Positions 29,270 to 44,181 of a stretch of DNA of 64,000 bases are shown piece after piece. The stretch is taken from positions 40,300,001-40,364,000 of the forward strand of contig NC_043008.1 in the NCBI RefSeq assembly GCF_006345805.1, written 5' to 3'. Positions within the stretch are counted from its first letter, which is position 1. Each line of letters opens with the position of its first letter. Under the pieces are notes generated by a model. That model saw only the letters and a program-made list of their open reading frames with translations. It had not been told where the DNA came from and did no database searches. The translations under genes and the position numbers were made by a program. The stretch is from Octopus sinensis. Lineage: Eukaryota.

Positions 29270-29760
29270 TTGCACAAAACGCATCGAACAGAGATATCGC
29301 CTCAAGCTTCAGTGAAAAGCTTGGTTAAAACATCCAGAAGACTCAACAGCCATTTTGTGATGATGCCAAGAGAAAAGCGCAGACCAAGAAGCTGTACAAC
29401 CGCTTTAAACAAGGCCGCACGTCAAAGAAGAGCGCGGCACACAAGGTGCAATATATAATAGATATGTCATGAAAATAGTTATTTATGTATTAGCCTCAGT
29501 AACACAGAACTGTAAAAAATGATTTAGCGATATGACTGACATAGTGGCCTCTTTTTATTATGCCCTCAACTGAAGATGCATTTTGGGCAGAGTAACAAAG
29601 AAGAAAGAAACGTCTAACGGCATGAGCGTTAAGGTAGAGTGTTGTGCACAGGCAACTCCGCATAGAAATAACTGAGGATATGCTGGATTGTCCAAACCAG
29701 GACCAAGGTTTTATGAAGACCATCATCATTGGTTATGATGCATAGGTTTTTAGTCTCTGC
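29270..29760 (+). mobile_element. Degenerate mariner 5' half, interrupted at about 29450-29620
   Basis: RIEQRYRLK; QKTQQPFCDDA..LYNRFKQGRTS; QLRIEITEDMLDCPNQDQGFMKTIIIGYD (ITGDE-like). Confidence 0.8.
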
Positions 29761-30084
29761 TCGTTCAGCTTGCGTCAAAACGAGAATCCGACGGGCGCGC
29801 ACTACACCACGTCTGTACTAAAGGCATAACAGCCGAGACATAAAATGGCCTACCGAGCGGAAATCTTCATGCATGGGCATGGATTGTGGCATCACCACAA
29901 AGGAGTTTCACCTATGGCACATTAGTTTTGGCTGGGAAAAAAATAGAGTCGAACAATGACCAGAATCAAATGACTGTAACAAATAAAAGCATGCGTGGGT
30001 GTGTGTGTATGTGTGTATTTGTAGGTGTGCGCGTGTATGTGCGTATGTGCATGTTTGAATGCATGAGCGAATATCTATATTATA

Positions 30085-30122
<38 letters not shown>

Positions 30123-33100
30123 GCTAACTATTGAAATATTTTTATTTTTCATTCCCTTTGCAATTACACTTATTCATGGTTTCGGCTTTAAATGCTCTTT
30201 CCAGCATGTAAGGTGTCCTCTTAAAGGTTACCTCATTTGTGTATAAAAATGTACACTAATTTATATTATATGCTATATAGTATATATTATATATATTGTA
30301 TATATTATATATATTGTATATATTATATATATTGTATATATTATATATATTATATATATTATATATCTGTTTCATGGGTATGTATTTCGTTCCTTTTATA
30401 TATGCATTGATTGGGTTATAGTACACTAATGATGGAAAAAGGGATTACCCCTTAATCTTGAACTCAAATGATATGTAAGTGAACTGTTTCATGAATCTGT
30501 TTCGTTTATTTGCACGAGTACGGCGCGTGTTTCTAATTTACGGTGATATCTAAAGATAGAGTTTAAAAATTGGCAACTTTTTCAAGCATATAGGCGATAT
30601 GTGTACGTACCTGCTTGCCCTTGATATATAGATATATCACGTATATCATATTTCATTATATATGTTCGTGTGCACGTGTGTGTGCGAGTGTGGGAGTGTT
30701 TCTGCGTAAATACACACACACACACATATATATATAATGAAAATTATTATTCATGTATTAGCCTCTGTAACATAGAACTGTAAAATAATGATATAATGAT
30801 AAACATTTTTATTATATAATAATCATTCTCACGGAGAGGCATAATATTCAGGTTATCCTCAAGTAGATGAAACAAAATATTTAATGGGATATGGGAGAAA
30901 AATCTCAGAATATATATCACTAAATCCACTGAAAAAAGGGAAGGCAATGTTGTATTAATATGCATTTAGAGCCGTGTTTGTAAGCGAGACTGAAACATTG
31001 TCCTGTCTTTCTTATGCTCTCGTCCCAGAAGATGCATTTAGGACACAAAGAAAAACAGAGTTGTTTTCGGACAGAGAGATTTGGTAGACCCAAAGAGAAA
31101 CAAGACAAGAGAACGCAATGGATGAATCGCTAGCAGAAAGCTGAACGAAACGAAAATATTTAGATCAAGCTGAAAAAGCGAATGAGCGGGTGAAGTGAGA
31201 TAGTCAGTGAAACATATATAGAGATGAAGTTAGATGGAAATATGTATAAAAATTATTGATCTTATATGCATATGCATCCACACATCCATCCATCCACCCA
31301 TCCGTCTATCCATACACACATACACACACAGACATTTCATTTGTTTATTTTAACTCGACCTGCAGCACGTAGTAATCTACGTAATTGGATGTAATTCCAT
31401 ACCAAGACAGTGAATCGAACTAAATTATATAGGGGGGAGTGCATAAGCGATTTAATTTGCGATTGTCATATATTGAAACACTAAATATGTGTTATATTGG
31501 AAATTGTCGTTTTAACTTGTCCAGAGACAACAAATATTAAAGCAATAAAATAATATGTACACCGGTAATTCAAGGTCATAGAATGGGGCCATTCGTTCCG
31601 CTTAAAATATGCACATCTCTTCAGTAAAATAGATTCGACAAATTGATTATTTATCGATTTTGCGAAAAGAATTACTACAAATGATTGATTTGTCAGTCAC
31701 AATTTGGTAGTATACTAACTCAGTGTTACAATATTAATAACCAGCTCTAGGAATGTATGCTTCAAAAACAGTTTGCATCTGGAGAATCACAGGAACATTA
31801 CAATTTTCTGCCTGAAAAAAAAAAAGAAATTGTAATAATCAAAAAATAAAGGAGGATTATTCGAATATTTATTCTTAATACATCTAGGCAGATCCAGACA
31901 CTGAATTTCCACGTCTCTGCAATGTGCGTCATAAGAGAATAGCTTCTGCCTTTTACAACGACAGAGTGTTCAACACACTTCGCACATTGGCGCACAATAT
32001 TTTGGCACACCAGTATTTCGACATGTTGCATACTGACAGCCAGAAGTAGCCAGAAACCTGACCCTACACAAAACTGATAGATTACTTTATACTGTCTGCG
32101 GACAAATTGTTTACTGGTCTGTGCTTAAATCACCCAACCAAAATCAAAAAAGAAAATAAAATCTTTATTTGCACTATGTACAATGAGATCGGAAACATTA
32201 CTCGAGTATTTATTGTTAACACACCGAGGCAGTTTCAGAAGCAAAAAATGCTGGTCGGTGTAGTGTATGTGACAGTGTAAAAACTTCTCCCTTTTACACT
32301 GACGATGTGTTCAATAGATCGCTCTGCATATGGCAGAGATACCTCTTTTGTGCTTAAATAAAACAAAAAGTGTGCTGAAAATACTGAACTTGAAGAACCT
32401 TCGACAAAAGGCTTTTATGCACCACTAAGTTCACAGCATACCTACATTGATTTTCACTTTCATGATTGTGGTTCAATAAATAAACTACTACACTAATTCT
32501 AAATTGGATTTTTCTACGTTTTTATTCTTTTATCTATCTCTTGCTTTTTTCTCCTCTGTATAACTCGATAGTTTGTCAAATTTTTCCCAAATAGCAGAAT
32601 GTGCTGTGTCAAACTGACTCGATCTGAACAACTGTGATTCATAAAAACTGATTAGTTGTAAGTTATTAACTAAATAGATATTTGGTTGTATTTTGTCATT
32701 CAATATCACTTCATCGACTACATCTAACTCTATTTATCTGCAATTAGTCATTTACAAACATAGTCACAATAAATTTATATGTGTACTTTACAGTGGGTGC
32801 AATATTTTTGAGTGTAACTTAAATAATTTTGTAATAAAGTATTCTATTACGGAATGGTATTATCCGCATGGAATTGTACCACAGAGACACATTCAATATT
32901 TGGGATCATTCTACATAATCAGCAACAAGTAATTAACAGCAACGAGATATAATTAATGTATTCTAGGGATGTTGCCGGTCAGTGTTGTTTCACATTTGCA
33001 AATAAGCTCAGCATCTATATGTACAGGCCTAGGGAAGGACTTTTCATCTTTAATATGCTAGCATTTGCCCATACATCTGTGTATGTACGTTTGTATATAA

Positions 33101-35669
33101 AGACGTATGTATATGATACGTATTTCCATTTATATGTATATAGAGCACAAGTAAATCATATCTCGTTATGTATGTATACACGCGTCTACAAGTTAGTCGT
33201 ACCGAGTAGTAGCAAAAGGGGAAAACAATTCCCCTACGAAGTGGGCGAGACTACAAAAAATCGCTGAAATGTATATCCTGAAGCTTATTACGACTTTATA
33301 TGAGGACATACTAAAATTAGCAGAGTAAACATAACCACTGTAGATAGCATTCATTAACCAAACCAAATTAAATAAACGTTTGAATGGCGACCGTCCGTTG
33401 TAAAAATTGATATTCTGGACCATTCATTAATTTCATTCAATTATTAAATGTGTTATTTAGTTTGATGGATCCCTCGGTATTTGCAGTAGAGTGGACTGCG
33501 CGATCGCCCTAGCTTTCTTCAGCGTCATAATTGCTGTCACTCTAAAGCATGTCTGTGGAATATCTACTGGTGTTATTTAGCTTCACGCAAGTTCAAATTA
33601 TAACCTGCTACTAGGAGAAAACAAAGATTTCAATTGAATAGATTGTAATACCAATCATATAAATCCCCTTCCCGAAAGACGAAAGGCATTCTTACAATCT
33701 ATCTCTGTCATTTATGACCTTGAATCCAACGCACTAAGAAGCTCTTACACGCTCATTTACATACATATATTAATGAATTTACGCGTTGTCTTTTTTTGCC
33801 AATGTGTATGGGAAGAATAGTCGTCTTTCGCAAGGTGCAGTGTATCGGGTTAAACTCTATGCAACGTGGTTGCGAAGACAATTTTGTAAATACGGATCAA
33901 TGTTTGTCCCCTTCTTTAATATCGCAAACCAGTAACATCGTTATGTACCGAGACTCACGAGATGAGAACACTTGGAATATGCTATGTTTCTGTTCTAAAA
34001 CCCATATTCCTTATATTGTCATTCGATAGTATTTTACTTTTCACTTTCCTGCTGTTCTCCCCTTTCCAATATTTCTTATTTCTCCATAATGTACATGACA
34101 AAAAAAAAAAAGAAAAGAAAAAGCCAAATCGAATCGTTGCGGATAGGATTCAACTATTTCGTGTAGTAATTGCAGCATTGCATGTCTATTGTTGACTAAA
34201 TTGTAAAAAAAAAAAAAGTATTTCGAAGGTATACTATATTTCTAAAAAGCATTTTCTCCCGCATCGTACGTTGTACAAGCACGATAGAATATGTCAATAT
34301 TTGTTTTTAAGAATAGAAATTTAACATAAAATTGCTCAGAGATGCTCGGAACATATATTTCATTTCGAAGTGATTGTCACCTCTAGGTGACACCTGTTCA
34401 CAATTAAGATCAATGCTCCAATGTTACATGCAAAGTTACTTTTAGTAATGTAAAAATTCCAAGGCCTGCTGGTATTTCCCGTTTTTAATTCGAAGCATAT
34501 GTTTAAAGAACTTTATTTTAAAGATTTTAAAAAACATCCCTGATTGTTGAAAGTATAATACTGGAGCATGCTTCACTGTACTATCTTTTTCTGATTTACT
34601 TCCATGAAGCCTGATCGTTTTTCATATTTTTTTCTTTATGATGAATATGATTTTTTTTTGTATTGTTGATATTATTGAAAGCGTAACACGCGAATGCAGT
34701 TTATGACGAGCAAAGTAGAATTACAGATAATTATCAACTATGCTTCGTTATGTTTTGCTTTGTCACTCTACGTCTAGATACCATCTTTGATTTATAACCA
34801 ATTCCTTGGTACACATGCTGAATGATAGCTGTCTGTTTTATGCATATAAAACAAATTGAATTGCTTTTCGTTACAGCCCAAAGTTTAAATTTTATGACTT
34901 TCAACAGAAGGGCTTTCATTTAAACATTAGCGTTCACTACATTAATATTCACCTTTCTCGTCACATTAATTAACCCAAATTTTAGACATTTATTAAATAA
35001 CCTGTGTCGCAGGCGAGTGGCAATATTTACAGTGTTGTTAAACTTCATGTTTCACGTTTTAATAATGATTTAAAAAATTCATTTTATAGGAAACTTAACG
35101 CAATGAAAAGTAACATGAAATAGAATGAAACAGCTTGGGAAGCATTTATTAACTACTATTGTGTTATCTCCAATGTTTTTATATTTTATAATCCTGAAAT
35201 ATTATTTTGCTAAAACCTTTTGGTCTCTAATCTCACTAGTTTCATGGGTGTACTTCAGTGACATTCAAATTTCATGCAACTACGGAAAATACTCAGTTAC
35301 ATTTAATCTTATACTGCAAATAACTTAAATACTAGTATAGGGATTTTTGCTGCACGAAGCAGATCTCTGTTGAGAAAAGGAAGTTCAAAATAAATTTAAA
35401 ACTACTGAAGTAAATACGTTTATAAAGATTATTACCTTTATTAAACACGAGGACACTAAATTTGTGACAGTAGAATGGCAGTGTGAAAAGGAATACAGCG
35501 CTGCAGGACAACCACAAGTAAAATTATGTAATAAACAATATCCATTAAAAAACAGCAACCACAAAACAAATTAATTAATAGATGATAAAACTACAAATAA
35601 TACTGAAGAATATTAAGATCAGTACAATGATTACTAAATAAATGATTAGATATTGATATTAGAATTTCC

Positions 35670-36060
35670 GCAGGAAGCGGGTTGAGAGAATAGTTGACAC
35701 GACGGGCGAAATGCTTAGAAATATTTCGTCCGTCATTACGTTGTGAGTCCAAATTTCGCCGAGGACCTGTTTGCCTTGTAATCAACTCCCACCCTAGCAA
35801 AATTGCTGGCCTTGTGCCAAAACTTTAACATCAATATTAGTGCTTTCATAGATGGCCAGCTGGAAGTGAATTTAGCAAGCCGGGCAAAGTGATTAGGAGG
35901 GTTTCATCCGTCTTCACATTGTCCGGTCAAATGCCGCCGAGGTCCACTTTGCCGTTCATTCCTTCGGTGTCGATATAATCAGTACCAGTCGTAATTCACT
36001 AACCCCACCCTGACCTCTCTCTAAGTTAAAGGCCTTGAGCCATAATTTAAAATTGGCATT
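35670..36060 (+). mobile_element. Two adjacent degenerate SINE family A copies
   Basis: cgggcgaaatgcttag..gagtccaaatttcgccgagg (35700-35765) and gccgaggtccactttgccgttcattccttcggtgtcgat (35935-35975). Confidence 0.7.
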
Positions 36061-36241
36061 AGCGTTTTCGTATATTTGAAAGTTTATTTTCATTAAGAAA
36101 GTAACTATTTCCTATATATTGCATCAGATTTGACTACAGACATCTACTTCTCTGTATAGACACAGTATTGAAAAAATGTATTTAAACCAAGAAAAACTCA
36201 GGTGCAATTATTAAAGGTAAATACATGGCAAATAGTCAGCC

Positions 36242-36284
<43 letters not shown>

Positions 36285-36745
36285 ACACAAGCGTAGACAA
36301 AAAAGATACAAGTACGAAAGCATAATATGTGTGTAAACATGTAGTCAAATATATGTTTGCAAGATTGTGTGTTTGTGAGTGTATTTGCGTTAGCCTGGAG
36401 TAGTCTATTTTAATTTAATAACCCATATTACGGTGAACATTTATTAACAATAAGTTTTATTGAGAAACATTTCTTTAATGATACCACTTTTACATTGTCT
36501 CCAAATATGGTAATAGCATCAGCAAATGAATCACAATAGGCCTCAAAATTCTCATAATTTATTCAATTATTTTGAATTACTTGATATGCAATGCAGCTCC
36601 TAAAAAAATTAAAGAAAATGTTTCAAAATGATGCTACGTTTTTATTTCAAAATAATACCCATATGAGTTATCGAAAAACCTAAGCAAATCGAATATTTAT
36701 AAAATAAGGAAACCAAGTAAGTATGTGCATATGAGTGGGAGCATT

Positions 36746-36782
<37 letters not shown>

Positions 36783-36821
36783 TTCTCTCTCACTTTCTTG
36801 TATATATATATATATATATGT

Positions 36822-36916
<95 letters not shown>

Positions 36917-36964
36917 ATTTATATATATATATATATATATATGTATAATATATATATGTATATG

Positions 36965-36996
<32 letters not shown>

Positions 36997-37034
36997 GTAT
37001 ATATATATGTATATATGTATATATATATATTCAC

Positions 37035-37080
<46 letters not shown>

Positions 37081-37891
37081 ATATATATTCACACACATAT
37101 ATATGCACATATGCACTTATATATACACGTCAAAATATGTATGTATGAGTGTGCGTGTGTATGTGTATGTGTGTGTCTGTACGAGTGTGTGATTGTATGC
37201 AATATTTTTCCCTCTCTTTTCTCACCTTTTTCCTTCAATTTTTATGACTTCGTAAAGACAACGATTCCATTTTGAAACAATACAAATTAATTGTAATATA
37301 TTCCGCCATCTTTCGTTTTTCACATTTTTTTCCCCTACTCCACATCATATAAAGTTACCTCTTCGTTTCAGTATCAAATTATCATTTTGTAAAATATTTA
37401 TTTTTAAATATATATTCAGAAGAAATCGTCAAAAACCCATTAGGCTTTTAAAAAAATGTATAAAAGAGAGAACACCCCACCCACCCAATCTACATAAAGG
37501 TATATTTATTAATAATTTCCACATATATTTATACTTTGTTTTATTTTCTACTATGTAATTAAAAACACTACAATAATGTATTTAGAATGTATGCAAACGA
37601 AGCGTATTTTGTGTTATTCTATCTTTAGGAATATATTAATTATTGCAATTACTTTGTTTTGGCGATATTGAATATGACTGTCGATCTGAACTTAATATTT
37701 TTCTATATATGTGTGTGTATGTGCGCGTGTGTGTGTATATATATTTAGTTATTTATGTGTTTCAGCCAAGTGGCTGCGGTCGTGCTGGAGCAACACCACA
37801 CACATATATATATATATATATATAAAACAACCGATTAACATTACTGAATTATATATAGATACGTACATGTGAGCGTGCATGCGTGTGTGTA

Positions 37892-37957
<66 letters not shown>

Positions 37958-38544
37958 CATGTATACATATGCTTGTGTGCGTGCGTTTACGTGCGTATGT
38001 ATTCATACATATATACGTCCGTATATATATTCATGTATACTATATATTATACATATAGAAAACATAAATACACTCATAAATAGATACTTATTTACATATA
38101 TAGGCGTAATGTAATAGCTAGCAACAATATTTTGTTTGGAAATTTGATTTTTACATCGTAATTAGTTGTGTTACAGATTTTTCCCCTTTACGTATTTAAG
38201 ATTGCTGCCATAAATCTGACTCCTGTTCTTATATGTCTGTCATCTTCATCATTATCAATATCTTCGTTTTTATTGTCGTATTGTCTGTAGTCACTACCTA
38301 CCCTGACACCATCAACATTTACATCGTCGTCATAATTATCATCAGCTGTTATCGGACTACATGAATGGTAGCGCGCACACACTCAGATTTGTATATTTAT
38401 GTTACACTGATGATGCAGTGTATATAAATTGTTCCTTACATGTTTACTGTTATTGTTTTGACTTTTGAATAAGCATTTTGTTGATATTTGGGTGTTTTGT
38501 TTCCATTATGGGACTGGATATGCCAGGTGAATTTTATAACCATT

Positions 38545-38705
38545 TAGAATTGAATTTCTCTACACTAGGCACAGTGCCCGAAATTATGGGGGGAGCAGAG
38601 GCCAGTCGATTCAATCAACCTCGAAAGGATGAAAGGTAAAGTCGACCGACCTCTGCGGAATTTGAACTGAGAACGTACATAACGTGTCTGCCAGCTCGCT
38701 GCCTT
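38545..38705 (-). mobile_element. SINE family A, degenerate
   Basis: cgaaaggatgaaaggtaaagtcgac..gcggaatttgaactgagaacgt..ctgccagctcgc. Confidence 0.8.
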
Positions 38706-39252
38706 CATTTAGAAGTGAATCTGATTTCAATGTCTACTCTACTGGCTAAGGAATAACCGTGTTTTTAACATTCGTGTTGTTCAGTTTAATATTCATTCGG
38801 GAGGGCCATTGCCTTCCGCGTTGTTCGTTCTTTACCCTTTTACTGCATCTTAATATATACAAGTTTCCTCGTCAAATACTTGGGACTTTATATAAACTGA
38901 TATATTTGTTGATTTCTCCTATCCCATTCTATTACTAATATTCTCTTGACGTGTATCCCTCATTATATAAAGTGGTGTTTATTGTTCCTTTCGCACTTAT
39001 TTATGGGAATGAAGCTATGCATTTATCATGTCCCTGTATATGATGACGTAACTCTATAGGTCTTTAAGTATTTGTCATCATCTTGGGACTTATTTATTTG
39101 GTATCCTTGTGGTGCATATCGATTTTATTTCCCTTGAATAGCCGTTTCTATATAATTTTTATTTCAGATATTTGGAGTGATGATTTAGCTGTGTATTTCC
39201 TGTCCATCTATTTATTGGCATCTGACTATTTGTGCTATGTTTATTCTTTTAT

Positions 39253-39462
39253 TCTTTTACTTGATTCAATCATTTGACTGTGGCCATGCCGGAGAACCAC
39301 CTTTTAGTCGAGCAAGTCGACCCCAGGACTTATTCTTTGTAAGCCTAGTAAGCCTAGTCTTTTGTCGAACCGCTAAGTTACGGGGACGTAAACACACCAG
39401 CATCGGTTGTCAAGCGATGTCGGGGGGGATAAAAAGACACATAAAAATACACACGCACCTAT

Positions 39463-39535
<73 letters not shown>

Positions 39536-39704
39536 TACATATGGCGAGCTTCTTTCAGTTTCTGTCTCCCAAATCCACTCACAAATCTTTGGTCGGCCCG
39601 AGGCTATATTAGAAGACACTTGCCCAAGGTGCCACGCAGTGGGACTGAACCCGGAACCATGTGGTTCGTAAGCAAACTACTTACCACATAGCTACTCATA
39701 CGCC
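39253..39704 (-). mobile_element. SINE family B, near full length, with internal microsatellite
   Basis: The - strand head ggcgtatgagtagctatgtggtaag (A-box-like)..ggttccgggttcagtccc (B-box-like). Internal (TA)n/(TG)n at 39445-39540, then a conserved 3' half. Confidence 0.92.
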
Positions 39705-40249
39705 TATGTTTGGTCAGATTTTGCTGTTATTCGTGAATTCTGTTTCAGATGGGTCCACATTGATTGAAAGGAACTTCCCATTTTGGCGCTAAATATTTTT
39801 ATATTGACTATTAATACTTTTCTTTACAATGTTGGCTCTTATAATTTATTAAACACGTATGTTTTAGTTACAGTTAACCTGCATGAAATGAATGTAACAC
39901 TCTGTCAATGATTCGATTATCCAGGGACTACGTGTAAGTTTGTTATTTTGTAGTTTCTTTGGTCAAATTGGAAAGCGAGAAATTTAGTTTAATATTAAAA
40001 GAAGGCACAACCTAATAAAATCGCATTTAATTCTTGAACGCTATTAGTATTGTTGTGGTAAAAGGGTCAACTGTAAAACTCATCGTAATTTCTTTTGATT
40101 ACAGTAGTTTGAGGTCATTTCGTACAGTATGTTCCAAACTTATTATTTAATTTCCAATCTTAGTTTCATTGTGATTTATGAATAATCTAAATGTTATTCC
40201 ACATCTGATTTTTGTGCTTGTTTGCTGATGAGTTTTGCATTAGAAATCG

Positions 40250-40329
<80 letters not shown>

Positions 40330-42069
40330 CAGAGAGAGAGAGAGAGAGATAGCCACGTGTCGTTATTCTACCAATTATATACGTTTTTATTATTTTTTTG
40401 CAATTTACTTAATCATCGGTATTTTATTCTTATTTTAATTTTAATATTTCTATTATATATAGTTTTCTAGATGGTGTAATTTAATTGTTCATTTTGAATT
40501 GAGAAAAGGTGTTTCTTTCTAATTTTTATATAGATAGGCACATATATATGTATATATATATGTGTGTATGTATACATTTAGATTACTATTCAACAGCTCT
40601 GTGGATTCTGTCATACGATTTCAGTTAGACGTAAACATTTGCAAGTTACCTAGCTTTCATATTAATCGTTGTAAAGGCAATAGTAATTGTTGAATGTATG
40701 TTTGCCTATCTGTGTACATATGTGTCTGTGTGTATTTATATGTATATATACCTTTATGTATATATATATATATGTACACATTTGTTTATATATATATATA
40801 TATATCTATATATATGTCTGTGTGTGTGTGTATAAGTGTGTATGTATATATGTGTGTGTATATATATGAGTATGTGTGTGTGTGTCTGTGTGTGTCTATG
40901 TGTATACATCTCTGCTTCTACGGTTTCTCTGCATTCTGAGGGGGCTGAGGTATATATTCATATAAGTATATAAAATCTTCAACAAAAGTGCAGAAGAGAG
41001 CATTTTTTGCTCAATCCAACTATCAAAGGTGTCGTTGGGGAATGCATTCAGATCTTATTGTTGTCATGCTGATTATGCATTGTACGAAAAGTACCTACCA
41101 TGTTTTTTAAGACTAGATTTGAAAAGGGAATCACATCAAAATATGATTGTTCGAAAATAGCAATGTCAATGGTGAGATAGAGAAATATGTGCGCATGAGC
41201 ATTCAAATGAAGAGATATGTTTATTTTTTTCTCTAATGATGGAAAATTATAGATGTACAACTATAGATACAGAAATCAAAATAAATATAAACATATGTAA
41301 AATAATACTATCTAGACCTACTTTTCGACTTTTCTGTATTAAATTAAGTTTTTTACAGTTATTTGTTATGATTTCATAGGTTTTCTATCTTTAATATTTG
41401 CTGATAAAATTGTACATTTGATGTATGTGATTGATGAAATAGCATGACTATATTTAGTTATCTTAAATATAATACATTTTGTTTTCACTATGTAAGTGAA
41501 AATATCAAAAATAAATCTCAGCAAAATCCTATGACAAATCCTCATTCTCCAGACAAAAAATTATGAATTAATTCAATAGCCTTGTAATCTTATGTTTCTA
41601 AAGAAACCATAAAATATAAACACGTTGATCGAAGACCCGAAATAACTAATACTTTATACATACATATATATATATATATATATATTTATTTATTATTCAC
41701 CGGATGGAGTACTTTTTGTTGAATTTTCTCTCACGGAACAGTACTATATATGTGTGTGTGCGTGTGAGTGAGTGTAGGTGGATGTTTGTGTATATAGGAG
41801 TGCGCGTAATTGTGTGTGTGTGTTGTTATATTTCGGAATGGTCGTTTTTCTTTGCGAAATAAACATGTATTCCAATATACTCGTTTTCACTTCAGCTTTA
41901 TTATTGGTCATATTTTTGTACCCTTTCCCTGAAATCCTTCGTCATACATCCTGTGACTTCATCAGTGATTCTCCATCCCATGTGTTTCATTCTGTCCTGT
42001 TTAATCTACCTTTTCTTTTTGTGGTGTGTATCCTGATCCGCACATGCTTTTGTGTCTTCTTATGATTCT

Positions 42070-42240
42070 AACAGCATGTCGCCTTCAAAAGTTACAAATT
42101 TTAGCAAAATGCGACTAATTTCATAGGAAATATTTAGCCGATTCTATAGACTCCGTTTGAATGGCGAAATAAAAATTTATTCAAATCTTCAGCGGATGTC
42201 CAGACAATTTTGCTGATTCCGAGAAGGCGAGTATTTATAA
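42070..42240 (-). mobile_element. Possible mariner 3' remnant
   Basis: Ends ..ttttgaaggcgac (FEGD-like); shares ttttatttcgcca with 49020-49150. Confidence 0.3.
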
Positions 42241-42894
42241 ATCGTAACAAAAGGGAATTCCATAATTATTACAAGATAAAAAATGGATATAATATTCGTT
42301 GCAAACCTTTCGATATAAACAACGTTCCAAATATGTTTTTACACTATAACTATTTTCCAAGAAGTTGTTGAATATTGAACGACCTATACTTAATATATTG
42401 ATGTTGTAAGTAATTACACATTGAATGTGTTGAATGGACATCCATAAAACACAAAAATGTCTGTATATGCACGGTGATAGTTTATTTCGAAAGTTTTATA
42501 ATTCTATACATAATGATCAGTATTAGAAACAGAAATTAATACATTAAACATGCATGTTTCTCAAACATAAACTTGAATTAATACTACGTTTCAAATAACA
42601 CAATAATTTTCAAATCTCATTAACAGACAACAATGTTGTAACACGCCTTTTAATAATCTGCAAATGGATTATTTAATTTGCGAGATCAGAAGCAAGCACT
42701 AAATTAGTAAACATCTAGGTTATAAAACTTTCATTAAAGATTCAAATATGATCCCCCTCCTCGTGGTTCATTCACGCAGGAATCTTTTCAATATGTATAC
42801 AATACAGTGCAATACAGAATACAGCTTGTCTGTTGTATAAGTAATGGTCTTATATTAACTGAAGTTCAGATTCCATGCAGCGAAATATATATCT

Positions 42895-43040
42895 TTTTTT
42901 CTTTAACTTGTTTCAGTCAATATTCTGCGGCCATGTTGGGGCATCGCTTTGAGGAATTTATATTCGATTGTATGAACCACAGTATTTTAAAGCCTGGCAG
43001 TTATTCAATCGATCCCTTTACCGAACCGCAAATTTGTCAA
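42895..43040 (-). mobile_element. SINE family B 3' half fragment
   Basis: cttgtttcagtca..gcggccatg..ccgaaccgc, colinear with 51360-51490. Confidence 0.65.
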
Positions 43041-43087
43041 ACAGATGGTCGCGGACGAACACACGCACACGCATACATACATGCGTG

Positions 43088-43174
<87 letters not shown>

Positions 43175-43468
43175 CATGTGTATACATGTGTATATTTAGG
43201 GCTAGAAACCACTATGTGGACAGCCATATGCTAGAAGTAGATCTCATACCTTCAAACAGCAAAGTAAAATGTAGTTTTCTTTGTAGTTTGATCGTATGTG
43301 ATCTACTTCTTGCATATGGCTGTCCCCATAGTGGTTTTTAGCCCCAAATATACATATATATATATGTATTGGAACTTACTCTGATTTTTCAGATTTGTAT
43401 ATGCTAGGCTACTGGTTTTAAATTGATATTAATTAAACTAATATTCAATTTATCTCCCTCATTATTTA

Positions 43469-43505
<37 letters not shown>

Positions 43506-43519
43506 CATCTGTCCTTAGT

Positions 43520-43625
43520 TTCTTCGTTCAAATTCCGCTGTGGTCAACTTTGCCTGTCATCCTGTCGGGGTCGATGAAATAAGTAGCAGCTGCGCATCTG
43601 GGTCCTTGTAATCGACTGAATACCG
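43520..43625 (+). mobile_element. SINE family A partial
   Basis: gttcaaattccgc..ggtcaactttgcctgtcatcctgtcggggtcgat. Confidence 0.7.
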
Positions 43626-43959
43626 TTGTCTTTGGTTGTTTGTCCCTTGTCCCCTGTATGTTAACCCCCTCCCATGTGGACATCGGTTGTCAAGCTATGT
43701 TTCGGGGACACACACACAAATATATACACACGCATACAAACATACATACATACATACATACGTACATACAACGTACGTACATACATACACACATATATAT
43801 ATGTATATATATATATATATATGTATATATTATATATATATATTATATATATATACATACATATTTGCAGGCATTTGCGTAAGAATTAAGTAAGTGGTAA
43901 AAATGAAACCGGGTTTGTGATTAGTCTTTATATTTTGTATCTTTTCAATTGTCTTGCTC

Positions 43960-44109
43960 GCTTACATTCTTTCTATGTTCGATACTGTGAATGAGCGTAG
44001 GCTCGAAACGTTAAATACTTTTTCACTTCCCGAGCGTTATACTAATACATATGTTTGTTGTCTACACCACATGTTTTCACATTTTGTTTTTTGTTTTTTT
44101 GTGAATTCT

Positions 44110-44113
<4 letters not shown>
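43960..44113 (+). mobile_element. Dispersed repeat ending in (TA)n with a degenerate hammerhead-like motif (possible Penelope-like pLTR remnant)
   Basis: ctgtgaat-GAGC-gtag-GCTC-GAAA-cgtt; the 3' end gtgaattctccc runs directly into (TA)n. Homologous copy at 9265-9370. Confidence 0.45.
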
Positions 44114-44181
<68 letters not shown>

